Positions 27,490 to 39,500 of a stretch of 64,000 nucleotides of DNA are shown one piece after another. The position numbers and the translations under genes are program-made. The stretch is from Eutreptiella sp. 'Long Island Sound 2002' (taxonomy: Eukaryota; Protista; Euglenida), in contig OZ038378.1 of assembly GCA_964036045.1 (NCBI GenBank), positions 7,750,001 through 7,814,000 on the forward strand, read 5' to 3'. Within the stretch, counting starts at the first letter, position 1, and each line of letters begins with the position of its first letter. Under the pieces are notes generated by a model that saw only the letters and a program-made list of their open reading frames with translations, was not told the origin of the DNA and did not search any database.

Positions 27490-28307
27490 TTCGGGAAAAG
27501 GGCTCAATTGACAGGCACCATTAATCAGTCATTATGAAGTCTGGTGCCAAAGGCGCCGCAAAATTTTTTGAGCACCAAAATTGGTCGATTTTTTTTCACC
27601 AAATATATGGCAAACGATGACTTTTCTGAACCCCCTCGACGCGCTGATTCCAAAAATCCCATTTTCTTTTTTTCCCGATTTTTGGGTGTCGGTCACCTCC
27701 AAGGCCTGGGGGTCAGACTCGGTAGGATTTTGGGGGTCCTGTCAATTGAGCCCTTTTTGGGGGAGGGGGGGGGTCCGGCCGGACGGCTCTATCGACCCCC
27801 CCCCCAAACGAAAACCCGGCCTCCCCTGCACCCGCGCCCCGTGCGCTCTGCGCCGCACGCACGCCGGCCCTGCACATTTCACGGGATTCGTGGGGCTCGC
27901 GGCGCTCCGCCGCCGGGGGCCCGTGCGCGGGGGGGGGGGGGGGGGCAGTGGTCACGTTGGACTGCCCATGACCACTGGGCAGACCTCCTCAACTGCAGAC
28001 CACGCGGGGCTCCGTAGCGCGCCGGCCGCGGTCCGGCCTGCGCACAACGCCCTGACAGACCACCGCTGATCTTGCGAAGGCCCCGGCGCCCCCCCCCATC
28101 CGCTCGGCAATGCCTCGTGCACGTCTCTGTGCGTTGTTGTCTCCAGTCCACCGGCGATCTCTTTGCACGTCCATCAGACGTGTCTGTGGGCCTCCGCTGC
28201 GCAAATGCCACGGCACAGGGCCTGCACAAGGGGAGGGGGGAGGCATGTCCCGAGGCATGCCCACGGCCCATCCCGCACACCGCCCCACACCCTCGGCCTT
28301 GCCTCAG

Positions 28308-28444
28308 GATGCGGCGGTCGTGTACCACGGATATCATGAGTCCACTGCCGACTGGCTCAAGGACCCCGTTACCCCAATCGACCAAAAGGAGGTTGCGGAG
28401 AAATTTTGCCGTCCGACTGTGTTGCAGCTGCAGCGATCCTGCGG
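28308..28444 (+). CDS. Tandem USP protein, exon 2
   Basis: Acceptor CCTCAG (phase 0), encodes DAAVVYHGYHES...QRSC, donor GTATGT at 28445 (phase 2). Phases match both neighbouring exons. Confidence 0.75.
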
Positions 28445-30242
28445 GTATGTGTGCCCCGCGTGCCGGCCCCATGAAGGGCCGCATGCATGGCCCTCTGGAC
28501 TGACTGGGCCCTGTGCCTTGCACCCCCGTGTCGGACATCCCCAGAGCCATACTGTGCAGTGCAGAGGGGGTACACACACCCTGTGCCATGCGGTACGAAG
28601 GGCCACACACACACACACACACACACACGGGCGAGCACAGAAGCATCGTAAGACCTCAAGGCCAGAGGCTCTGGCCTAGGTGAGGGTGGCGTACACGGAG
28701 GGCGCCAGTGCAGACACCACGAATGTCATTCTCTGAAGCACAGGGGCCCGCCTCTCTGACCCACCTGCAGACCCATATAGGCCTTCCTCTATAATATGGC
28801 GCCACCCCCCCCCCCCCACACACACACCAGTGGGGGCGTTTACATGCAAAGCCGGACCCGTCCGCGGCCCCCTCCGGCCTACACTCAAGGGCACCACCAC
28901 GGTTAGCGTGCAACGCCCCCCACCAGCGTGGGAGGAAGATTGCTTCAGAAGCTTCGGATGGTATGCATTGAGAACGAGCTCTTGGGCCTATGCATCCCAG
29001 GCCCTCCAGTGCCCCCACCCCTGTTTCTCTGTTCCCCTGTTGCATTGCCTTCCATGCCTTTTCTGGGCACCACATCCAGGCCTTTCTTTAGTGCATCCAG
29101 GCCTTTCTTTAGTTGCTGCAGATATCCCACCGGGGTTGGGGGACGGGGGGGTGCCTTGGTTGACCCCCCCCCCCCTGCCCGGGATGGAATGGGAAGGGAA
29201 GGAGTGGTGAGAAGCCGATGGGCACCACCGCCTATGGAGGGAAAGGGTCCAAGGGAAGGGCAGCGAATGGCGATCGGCCAGTAGGCGCCGCCAGCTGCAG
29301 ACGAGATCATCACACCATGGCGTCATGCCAACCCCCCCCCCCCCCCCGCCCGCCCCGGGTGGGTGGGTTCTGAAAGGGGGGTGGGTGGGTGGGTGCAGTC
29401 TCACCCCGCCCCCCCCCGTGGCTAAAAAAAAGCCTTGACCACATCGATGTCGTTAAAGAAAATGGTCCACCCATGTGATGCTTGTGAGTGTGGCATGTGT
29501 GCTACCTCCCCCCCCCCCCCCCCCGTGTCCATCCCCCCCCGGGGGGGGGGGGGGACCGTCACTGGCTGGTTCCAAAAACAACGCAACAGTGTCATATTGC
29601 ACAGGGAACCTGGGGGTTAGGCCACAACTTTGGGGACAAGTTGTATTTTACCCGGGACATCCCGGAGGAAAAGTGGATCCCCAAAAAGCTGGAGGCACCA
29701 ACAGTTGCCAAACCCGCACCCAAACCTGCACCCAAACGTGGAAAGCAGCCTGCAGCGAAGCCTGCTGCAGCCACTTCGTCCATCCCTGTGGCTGATGGGC
29801 AGCCTGTGCAGCTGTTCAAGACTATGTGGGACCGGAAAAAGAAGTTTTACACTGTCCCTGTTCAGCAGTAGGGGCATGCCGCAAACTGATGGACTGATGC
29901 ATTGTATTGAGAATTTTGCTTGTTTGCATCATTTGCATGGCACCATTCGATCTCTGTATGTCAGTGTGTATTTCAGAGTCTTGGGCAACGTACAGCAAGC
30001 AACGGATCGGTCATAAATTCTGCGTAGTATGCGGCGGTAATGCGGCGGTAATTTGTTCATTGGCGATGGTGTCTATCCCCCCGGGGTGGGGGGGAACCGT
30101 CGTCCCTGGGGGGGGGGGGATGGACATGGGGGCGGGAAGGTACGTTAACAGTAGCAACGCATGCCACCAACGCGTGCAGTTTGTCGGCATGGGGGCACAT
30201 GTTGCTGTCATTTTGTTTTGTTAGGACACCAGTGGCGGGGGG

Positions 30243-30381
30243 GGAAACGACACCATCAAGAGCACCGGCCGCAGCAGCCGACAGAAAGCAGCAACCCGAC
30301 GCAACATGCGAAGGGAAGAACGGGTGACTGTCCAGGGCCCCGTAAAGGAACAACAACCAGACGGAATGTCACACAGGGGGG
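30243..30381 (+). mobile_element. Family A truncated copy (about 140 bp) in USP intron 2
   Basis: Same terminal sequence ...GGAATGTCACACAGGGGGG, with G-runs at both junctions. Confidence 0.8.
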
Positions 30382-30430
30382 CAAGAGGGCACGGGAGCCT
30401 TGGAGTTGTGTCCTTATTGTGGGTCATGCC

Positions 30431-30515
30431 ATGTCATGTCATGTCATGTCATGTCATGTCATGTCATGTCATGTCATGTCATGTCATGTCATGTCATGTC
30501 ATGTCATGTCATGTC
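30431..30515. repeat. (ATGTC)17 microsatellite
   Basis: Perfect pentanucleotide run in USP intron 2. Confidence 0.95.
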
Positions 30516-30858
30516 TTCATTAGATCATCGAATCATACCACACAAGTTTGGCGTGCAGTGGAAGGTTTCACAGTAATTGTCTTCTCGCATTTCTACAAAT
30601 GCCGGTTGGCAAGGCATAGAAGAGGTCCCAAAGGAGCCCATGGCGCAATATGCGGCAACTTGCGGTGCACCATGAAGCTGCACTGTGTCTTCCTTGTTAC
30701 CGCTGCGCCCTTCCTGTGAACTGGCATGAGGTAGAAAGGCATAGTGTCCCCTTTCTGACAGCGCCACTCATGTGAGGGACTGCCGGACGGGAGGTGATGC
30801 GTTATAACTGGGGGGGGGGGTGGGGGGGGGCGTTCCTTCACGTCCCACTGCGCCGCAG

Positions 30859-30981
30859 GAGTCAGGCGATTGACATGGCCGTGCGAGACACCCCCGATGT
30901 CCAAACGGATATGATGAAGTTCTGCGACGACAACATCGATGTCTTAGTGATGGGGTCCCGGGGCCTTGGGCTTGTGACCAG
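30859..30981 (+). CDS. Tandem USP protein, exon 3
   Basis: Acceptor CGCAG, encodes ...NIDVLVMGSRGLGLVT (USP motif), donor GTGTGT at 30982 (phase 2). Confidence 0.85.
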
Positions 30982-32345
30982 GTGTGTGCGGCCGGGCCGC
31001 CGGGCTGCCTCTGCACTTCTGCGCTCGTGCCGGCGCCGGACTGCAGCGGCACGCGGAGACGGCGACAGCCTCCCAATCGACTCGTACGCCGTCTCGCTGT
31101 CGTTCGTTTGGGACTCAGACCCTTTTCTGTTTGGCGGGCCCTACGGAACGCCCGACGGATGGTGAGGGTGATGTCATGACGTCATGGCGCCCCGTTTGAG
31201 GAAAGGGGGGCCGGTGTGTCAAATCGTCCGCAGGGGATTGGGGGCTTTTTTGGGGGGGGGAGGGGGCCGGGCCTCAGGGTGCTCCTTCAGAGACGACCGC
31301 CGGGGGGTCCGCCGCATTGCGCGGGCAGCCAAGTCCCAATTGCGGGCGATTACGCCCCAATCGCCGGTAGTCAACCGGCAACCGACGACAAATGAGGGTC
31401 GTCTCAGGGGATTCTGTGGTCTACTGCATAACACTTTCGGTTTCCTTTCGTGTTTCGGGTGCTCTTGCGGGGGGGGCGGGGGGTTGATTGTGTGTTGCAG
31501 AGTAACTGATCTGTTGTTGTTTTTTTTTTTCATTCGGGCACGTCCTTCTGGGGCCCATGGGGTCACGGGCTTCGGGGGAATTCGGACCCGACTGGGTACG
31601 ACGCGCCTGAGTCTGCACTGCAATGGTACCCATGGCCCCGTGGCATGCCATTCCCCTTGGCTTCTGTCAGTCCTGCCCGTCCCTCTGGCTGGATGGCACT
31701 GTCTTCTCGTCCTCTGGTCGGGCGTGCGAATGTCTCAGGTCTGGTCCACCGTCCTCATGTCCCCGGGCCCTCATCCACAACACTACACTTCGCTGATGCA
31801 GGGCCCCCACGGAACTACTACCAAATCCGAGTCTCTGGGGGCGACGCAGACCCTGAAAGCGGGGCGCTGTGTGTGTGTGTGTGTGTGTGTGTGTGTCGCT
31901 GAATGTGTCCTGTCTGTGTGTTGCTGTGTGTTAGTGTCTGATCCTGGTCTGTGCTGCAGTTTGCGCTGCAGGATCTGAAGATTGCTCTGGCAAATACTCC
32001 AAGTGTGCACCCGCTGTTTGTATTGTACTGTTGTGTACTACAAGAGTGTGTGTGGGAGGGGGGAAACGGGACGTTGAGGGCCGTGCTGTCTCCGGGGTCC
32101 CCGGCGCTCAGCGTACATACCAAATCTGAAGTTGCTGCTTCACCCCTGCTGTCTCGGGGGTCTGTGTGTGGGGGTCGGTGGCGAGGGGTTTGGTGATCGG
32201 GTGACAGCAGCACAGGGCAGCCCAGCACAGGAAGGTCTCAGCCCTTGGCACGCTGAACGAGGCACATCGCTCCCGAAGACGTGGGCTGCTGTTCTACCGG
32301 GGCCCCGCATGCCTCGGCGCCCGCACGTGCCACTGCGCTGTGCAG

Positions 32346-32746
32346 GACGATGTTGGGGTCCGCCAGTACTCACGCCCTGAACCATTTCAAGGGCAGGGCC
32401 ATCGCTGTCACGAGGGCCCCCACTGCCCCAGCGGAGTCCTCCGCTGCTCCTGCGGCACCGAAGGCCGCCCCCGCGGCACCGGAGGCCCCGCCCGCGGCAC
32501 CGGAGGCCCCCCCCGCGACCGCCACGCCGCCGGTTCCCTGCAGCAGCGGGGCTGAGGCCCCGGAGCCGGACGCCCCACGGCAGTGGCTTGTGTTCGTGGA
32601 TGGGGGGGAGTCGTCCAATCGGGCCGCGCGGCTGTGCGCCGGGTGGATGCGGGACGGGGACACCGCGAAAGTGGTCGCCTTGTACGTCGCCCACGGGACG
32701 TCCCCCCTGTGGGAAGAGCGACTGGACCCCCATGTCGCCTCCGCAG
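32346..32746 (+). CDS. Tandem USP protein, exon 4 (end of domain 1, Ala/Pro linker, start of domain 2)
   Basis: Acceptor TGCAG. Encodes TMLGSASTHALNH, then an APAAPEA linker, then WLVFVDGGESSNRAA. Donor GTGTGC at 32747 (phase 1). Confidence 0.85.
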
Positions 32747-32902
32747 GTGTGCCTGGCACTCCGCGGCTCGTGCATGTGGGGGGGCGCGGGCGAGGCAGGG
32801 GCCCCCACGCACAGGCTGTGGCATGGGGGCCGCCTGGACTGTCCCGCTGTCCCATGTGTGTCGGACCGCAATGTACCGGTCCCATTTCGTGGGGGGGTGG
32901 GT

Positions 32903-33292
32903 GGGGGGCATATGGTGGACGGCCTGGACAGCACGTGGAGGAACAGGGCACCTGGGCCGCACAGAAACACAGCGAGGCAGGCTGTGGACGGCCTGTGGAC
33001 AGAGGTGTGTGGACAGCAAAAACAGTCAAACGACCCCGGCAACAACCAGCACATCCTCAATACGCCAACTATTGGGCGCCGCTGACACGCAAACGGCACA
33101 CCATGCCACATTCAGCACAGTCCCAACACGCCAATTACTGGGCTCCGCGAACGCGGAAACGACACCAGCAGGACCACCGGCCGCAGCGGCCGACAGAAAG
33201 CAGCGACCCGACGCAACATGCGAAGGGAAGAACGGGTGACTGTCCAGGGCCCCGTAAAGGAGCAACGACCAGACGGAATGTCATACAGGGGG
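32903..33292 (+). mobile_element. Family A truncated copy (about 390 bp) in USP intron 4
   Basis: Same terminal sequence ...GGAATGTCATACAGGGGG, with G-runs at both junctions. Confidence 0.8.
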
Positions 33293-34134
33293 AGGGGGCG
33301 GAGGTAAAGATGCAGCGCAGCCCGGTCGGCTCCCGGTGCTTTGCGCTTGGGCCGTGTTAGGGCCGTTGTGCAAGCGTTGCATGATGGCGGGCTGTCGTGA
33401 AAGCGGCGCCCGTCCCCATCAAAGCCCCTCAACCAACACTCTTTGACGGGTTGGGCTGCGGAGGCGCTGGACATGGCGTGAGGGTCCCTCAGGTGCGGAA
33501 CCCCAGACCCTCCCCGGGCCGCTTTCCCACGGCGGTCCCTGCACCGAAGGTGCCAAGGGCCCGTCCTCCCGCCGTACCACGCCGCACATTTTATGATCTG
33601 CGTCACGTACCCGGTCTCGCATCGGTGCAGCCACGCAGCCACGCCCCGCGCATGCGACACCCCATCCCCAACCACGGCCACCGGGCCCGTGATCTCAGGA
33701 AGACCCAACACAAACGGTCCATGCAGTGCGCGCAAACGGCACAAGAAGAAGGGTCACTGCCCACATCGCATGCAGCGCATATCACTGGCCACAGTCCCGA
33801 GCTCGAGAAGTGGTATTTGCGTGCCCAAATGTGTGGGTGATCAGTAGTGTCCCCTCATCTCAAAAGCCGTTTGCCGGCAAGGCCATGGGCCACGGGTGTA
33901 GTCTCTCGTTCGGCGGCTCCGTAATGATTGAATGGAAATGGTTGTGAATGTTCATGTACGTGTAATGGGGCAATATCACTTTTGTTGGAGTGGGAATAAA
34001 TAAACACTGCGTTGTGTGGGGAATGGGATGGGGAATGGGGTGTATGCCGTGGGCATTGTTTGTTTGGAGGGGAAGGATTTGGACCAAGAATGATTGGTTT
34101 GGACGGGCCCTCTGCCCCGCGCCCCCCGCTGCAG

Positions 34135-34469
34135 GCACTTTGGAGGCCATGCAGTCGGAGAGGGAGGCGTTGAAGGAGAAGGCGGAGAAGGCCGTGCGGG
34201 ACGTGGCCGCGCTGATGCAGAGCGCCCGACCGGGGACGGCCCCGCTGGACATCGCGGCGGACGTCGTGGAGGTGGTGAAGGTGCCGGACGGCATCGTGGA
34301 GTACGCGCACAAACAGGCCCAGGCGCACCCCCCCGTGTGCGGCCACCTCCCGCGCACCGTCCTGCTCATGGGGTCCCGGGGCCTCGGGACCTTCGCGCGC
34401 TTCTGGTTGGGGTCGTGCACGAATCACGTCCTGCACTGCTGCGAGCTGCCCCTCATCGTGGTCCACTGA
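34135..34469 (+). CDS. Tandem USP protein, exon 5 (terminal)
   Basis: Acceptor CTGCAG (phase 1), encodes LLMGSRGLGTFARFWLGSCTNHVLHCCELPLIVVH-stop. The five exons total 1080 nt, giving 359 aa plus stop. Confidence 0.9.
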
Positions 34470-35169
34470 AGGGGTCGACGACGCTTGCCCCCCCCCCCCC
34501 CCACACACACGCGCGCGCGCGCGCGTCACGGCGCATACGCACTCCAACTCCACCGCTTCTGCATCCACCCGGAGCCCGAGTTGAGCAGTGCCGACAGATT
34601 TCACGCCAAGTGGCCGTGAAGTTGAAATGCCCGAGGCCCACGGTGCACCGTCCACACGGACAACAAGTCTCAAAACCATTGCGTGCGGCCACCCGCATTG
34701 CAACGGCAGTGGGCAGACAGACGGGCTCACTCACTCACTCACTCACGCACTCACAGATGCACTGACCACCTGACCGGGCGGCAGGGAGGCAGGGAGGCGC
34801 GGGTTACAAGCCGCTACAAAAGGCAGGGAGGCGGGCAGGCGGGCGGCCACCCTCGACGGACCATGTGCCATTGTGGTCTGACAGGGGGCTGCAAGTTGGG
34901 GGAGCAGGGGCAATGGAGGGACCGGCATGTGTGTGTCTGTGTGTCTGTCAGTTTGTACGGTACTGTGGGGTATACCACCGCCGTGTGTCTGTGGGAGTTA
35001 TCCTGCAAAGGGATGGCCGGCTTTGCTGCTGTGCGCCGCCGCACGGGGCACACGAATCGGCGGAGGCAAAATGCTGCCGGCGTTGCACGAGTGATAGGAC
35101 CGGGGCAATGCCACGGGGGGGGGCGGCCGGGCCCGGTCCTTGTATGCGACACCCCTGGCTGGACGCCCC

Positions 35170-35350
35170 CCTGACCCCCAGCCAGACCCCCCCCCCCGCG
35201 ACCCCCGGCAGGAACCACCCCCCCCCGACCCCCGGCAGGACCCCCCCCCTACCCCCGGCAGGAACACCCCCCCCCCCGACCCCCGGCAGGAACACCCCCC
35301 CCCCCTACCCCCGGCAGGACCCCCCTCCCGACCCCCGGCTGGACCCCCCC
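35170..35350. repeat. C-rich ~22-25-bp minisatellite (CCCCCGGCAGGA-Cn)
   Basis: About 7-8 degenerate copies. Confidence 0.85.
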
Positions 35351-36545
35351 CCCCAAGTTTTGACAGATAGCTGGGGGGGGGGGGGGGGTGTCGCATCAGG
35401 ACCAGCTGTATTCGCCCCCCCGTGGGCAATGCAGCGGTGTGCAGATGTGCTGCTGGGGCGACTGCAACCCCCGGCTGCTGCCGTTCTGCCTGCGCCCCCT
35501 CTGCGCCGCGTGCGTTGGGTAGCCCCATTGCAGTGCCGTTCCCCAGGCCCCTCTTGTGCCGAGGTGCCAGTCCCGTGAAGCCCATGGCAGGCGGCGCACA
35601 GCGCCCAACACCATCGTCTCCGCGTGACGACCAAGAGGCTGTGCCGGCGCCATTCCTCAGACGGTGTCGGTTCCAGTCGACATCGGGCGCATGGCTCTGT
35701 CACGTGGTGCTGCACAGGGGACGATATTGAGGATGGGGCGCGAATCGCCCCCCCTTGAAAAAGGTTGCATAGGTCTGTTTACCGGGACTTATGCACGCCA
35801 CATTAGGGCTGTGAGTGGGCGAGCCAAAGCTCCAACGATAAGACCTTCTCTGGGAGGCTACCCCAGTCCCAAGAATACCTACCTGCCTACCTACCTCCGT
35901 TTACCCAAGTGTTGTCAGTGAGCACTCTGCATGCATGTAGAGGAAACAGTACGTATACATGTGTACGTCTGCTTGAGGCTCCGGCCACAGCCTCCAGTGC
36001 CACGTACAGTGCAGGCGGTTTGTGAAGCACGAGCTTCGGCCTTGTGTTGTGATGGCCTGACCAGGGGAAGGCCCCCGGTCCGATATCCCCTCGAAGGCTC
36101 CACAGCCCCGTGCTTGCCTTCGTCGTATTCCACGGCTGTTCGGCATTCGCGAATCCCGGGTCATGCAGGGCTGACCAGCGCCGGCTGTGTTGGATTTCCG
36201 CATGATGGCCACGTGAGTGTTGTGGCCAACCACATGCACATGCCATTACTATGCCACATGTGCACACTATTCTTATGCCACATGGGCATATTCTTGTAAA
36301 TACCACCAAACCCACTCGTTCCTGCTGCATTTCTCGTCATTGAAACTCCATTCGTTCCGGAGAATCAGCAGCAACTGATGCAAGGAATTGGCGAGAGCCT
36401 CCAGCCAATCTGTTTGATGATGGCCTGACGGGACAGTGATAGCGCAGCTCATCTCAGCTGCAATATGGCTGCTGTGCTTCTGTTTGCCGACATCCCGACG
36501 TACATCATGTGCCTGCGTGCGTGCCTGCGTGCGTGCGTGCGTGTG

Positions 36546-36589
<44 letters not shown>

Positions 36590-39500
36590 TGTGTATGTGT
36601 GTGTGTGTGACGCAGCCCGTTTGCTCTGTCTCGTTTATCTGCTCGTGTGTTGGTGCATTTGTGTTGGTGGGCGTGCCTGTGTTCTGCTTCAGGGTTCCCC
36701 GGCAGCCCCTGCGCCGGTTCCTTCTGCATGCGCCCCCTGCCATTACCGAGAAATGTGTGGTCAGACCATACGGAGGGTGCGGGGCGGAGGTGCTCTGCGG
36801 TCCAGCGCCGTGCTTTCCGAGGCAGCCACCTCAACTGTTCTGTCTGCGGGGGCGTATCTGCCGGTGGGGTCGGTATTCAGGGCTCTGTTTGCTCTAACCC
36901 CCGCGGAGGTGTCCACGGGCCCAGCGCCGAGGTGGTGACGGTGGTGTGGTGGCATTGGCGACCAGTATCGCGAGGCTTGTGCGTTGGAGTGCCTCTGCAG
37001 ATGCCTCTGCACACCCGTCACAGTCTGCGTGCTTTGATTGGATCGGTCTCGCCTCCCCTTTTGCCCCCGTTGTGCACTGCGCATGTGGACTGCCCACACC
37101 CTTGCCCCAAGACACACGTATGCTCCGTCACATGGCACGCCCCGGCCGGTGCAGGACACAGCCCTGCGCACACAGTGCACATCCCGAACAACCGGACGAC
37201 GCAGGCTGCAAGGCGGTGCCCACGCACGTGTGCCGGGCAGTACAGCAGCACCGCGCGGCAAACGCCGCAGTGGTCAGCATTGGTGACGCGCACCGCGTGC
37301 AGCGCGTCAAAGCGCCTTTTCTGCTGCGAGCCAATCGGTCAGACGTTTTGGGCGCAGGCCTGTCCCCAGGCGCTCGCTTTGCGACGAGTGCCCGTTCAGG
37401 CCCGTATTGACGTCGCCGTGGCCCGTCTCGTCCTGCGATTGGGGCGCCGCATGTCGGCAGTGCACAACGCCGCGTGGGTCGTGTGGGTGGGTGTGGTATG
37501 CCCTCCTCAGTGCCCCTGAGGCCGCGTGTGCGTGGGCGCTCAGACGCGCAGACGACTGGTCGCACACCGGCCGACCCCCTCGGGCCCGCTGTGCCCCCCC
37601 CCCCCTCCCCCATGCCCTTGAGCACACCCGCATGTGCACACCACTTGTACAGAGCTGTGCCGGTGTGCTCGCTCTGCGCCCTGTGTTGTCCTTTGGATTC
37701 CACAGCACGCAGCATTTCCTGCCCCCGATGGGCTGAGGCTATTGGGTCCACCGTCATTCTGTAATCCCGCCCAAGCCCGGCACTGCCCCCTCCCCCCGAC
37801 CCCCCGCTGGTGCAGCATTGTGGTGGTGCCTCGCCCGGGCCTCCACAGGGGTCGGGATGGGGCTTGTCGTGCTTGGCTTTACTGCAGTATCGTCTGCCCT
37901 CAACACGGGCGTGGGACGCCGACATTCACTGCACACTGAGGGGACCCCCGATGCCTGTGCAGCCGCACGTGGCCCCTGTAGATACTGTGCAAGTCCAGAA
38001 TGACGTCCTGGTGTACATATGTGTCACACGAGCGCGTGCATGCGCATCGGTGCATGTGTACAGTGGCATTTGGCATACCACCTTCGTGATCTTCCTGTCG
38101 TGCAGGTCGTGCAGTGCCGTCTACATGTGGTGGGGCATAAGGAGGGGAGGTCGGGGACTGCAACGGGCACCACAGCGGCAAGATCATCGGACACGTCGGA
38201 GAGAATCAGTCGGTATCCAGGGACAGCGGGGCTGTACGCGTCGTTTGTGCATGGCGTTGCTTGTGGGCCATTTGGGAGTGGAGGCATATGGGTAGTGAGA
38301 ACAGATTCAGTGCGGGTTCCTTCGCCCTTTTGAGGTGCCTTGTGGCCAATGCTCCGACTGTGGGCTCATGTGCAGCTGTTTTCGGTGTATTGTGAAGTTC
38401 AACGCCCCAAAACCCCAAAATAGCCGGCGGCTGGTGCCCCAGACAGGAGGTGCTTCAGTGCAGGGTGTGTGTCGGACATGGCTGCACAACTCCTGCTGCC
38501 TGGGGTCTCCAAGGTGGAGTGGTGTGGCCACATAAAGCCCCTGCTGCCTGAGAGCCATCCAAAAGCAGTGTCAGTAGTTGGCAACGTCTCCCCTGCTGTA
38601 CGGGAGCCCCGCAAAGTACAAAAATATCGGAGCAGGGTCAGTGGAACTGGAGAACGTAAAGCGACAGACCTTGCCATGCCACTCCACTGTGTTTCGGTGT
38701 TAATTGAGGAGGCAAAATCAGAATCTTTTATTCAGAACTTTTTCCACCTGTGGAAGTACCTCTCCACAGGTGCAAAAAAGCAAGGCTTTAGTGCGAGGCT
38801 TTAGTGCAGAACTCAAAGGAAGCCAGCCAAGCATGAGAGTGGCTGCAAGTGCTGGGCGAAGAGGAGGGAGACCTGCTCCCGCCCTCTTTGGTCACCTGTC
38901 AGCGAGGATCATGTCAAGGTGGCCTCCGCTTTGGCGTTAAGGTACGCTCTGTCCACCACTGTGTGTGTATGCGGCTGGTTCCAATCGGACATCCAATGGG
39001 CCACCATGTGAATGCCTGAGTGTGTTTCATTGTCTTATCGGGAAAAAGAAAGCAATAGCATGTGAACAAACTCTGCATCCGGACTGTTCTGCGCATTCTC
39101 TGGTCATTTCACTGATTACATCCTTTCGAGTTGTGAGATCAAAATGTGTAGAGAGTTTGCTAAGGGGACGTGGCATTCGACGTTTGATCAAGAAGGACCA
39201 GATTTGTTGCAATTGAAATTTGCGGAGGGAGTCGTGGATGCTGTGTTGGAAACAAGGCATGGCTGCTGCCGCACTTGTAGGCCTAAAACCCCCGACTGGT
39301 GCTACCCCAGGGCTATCCAAGTACACCCTGCCTTGGGGACCCCATCTGTCGTTGCGCACTTTGTTGCGCTTCGAACAATCCTGAGTGCGGAGGCAGGTGT
39401 GTTACCCTCCTTATGGACCCTAGGAACATGCACCCCGTCATGTGTGGGCTACTTCTGATGCAACCAGCATGGCTGCCATGCGAGCTGGTGCTGAGGATGA

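Noticed and set aside
36760-38290. Possible small minus-strand exons (for example DETGHGDVN...AEKAL-stop near 37307-37435)
   Set aside because: No recognisable domain, and GC-rich DNA yields such frames by chance. Needs RNA evidence.
38300-39300. Decayed coding-like sequence, possibly a tyrosine-recombinase element
   Set aside because: No RHRY catalytic residues or RT motifs could be identified by eye.
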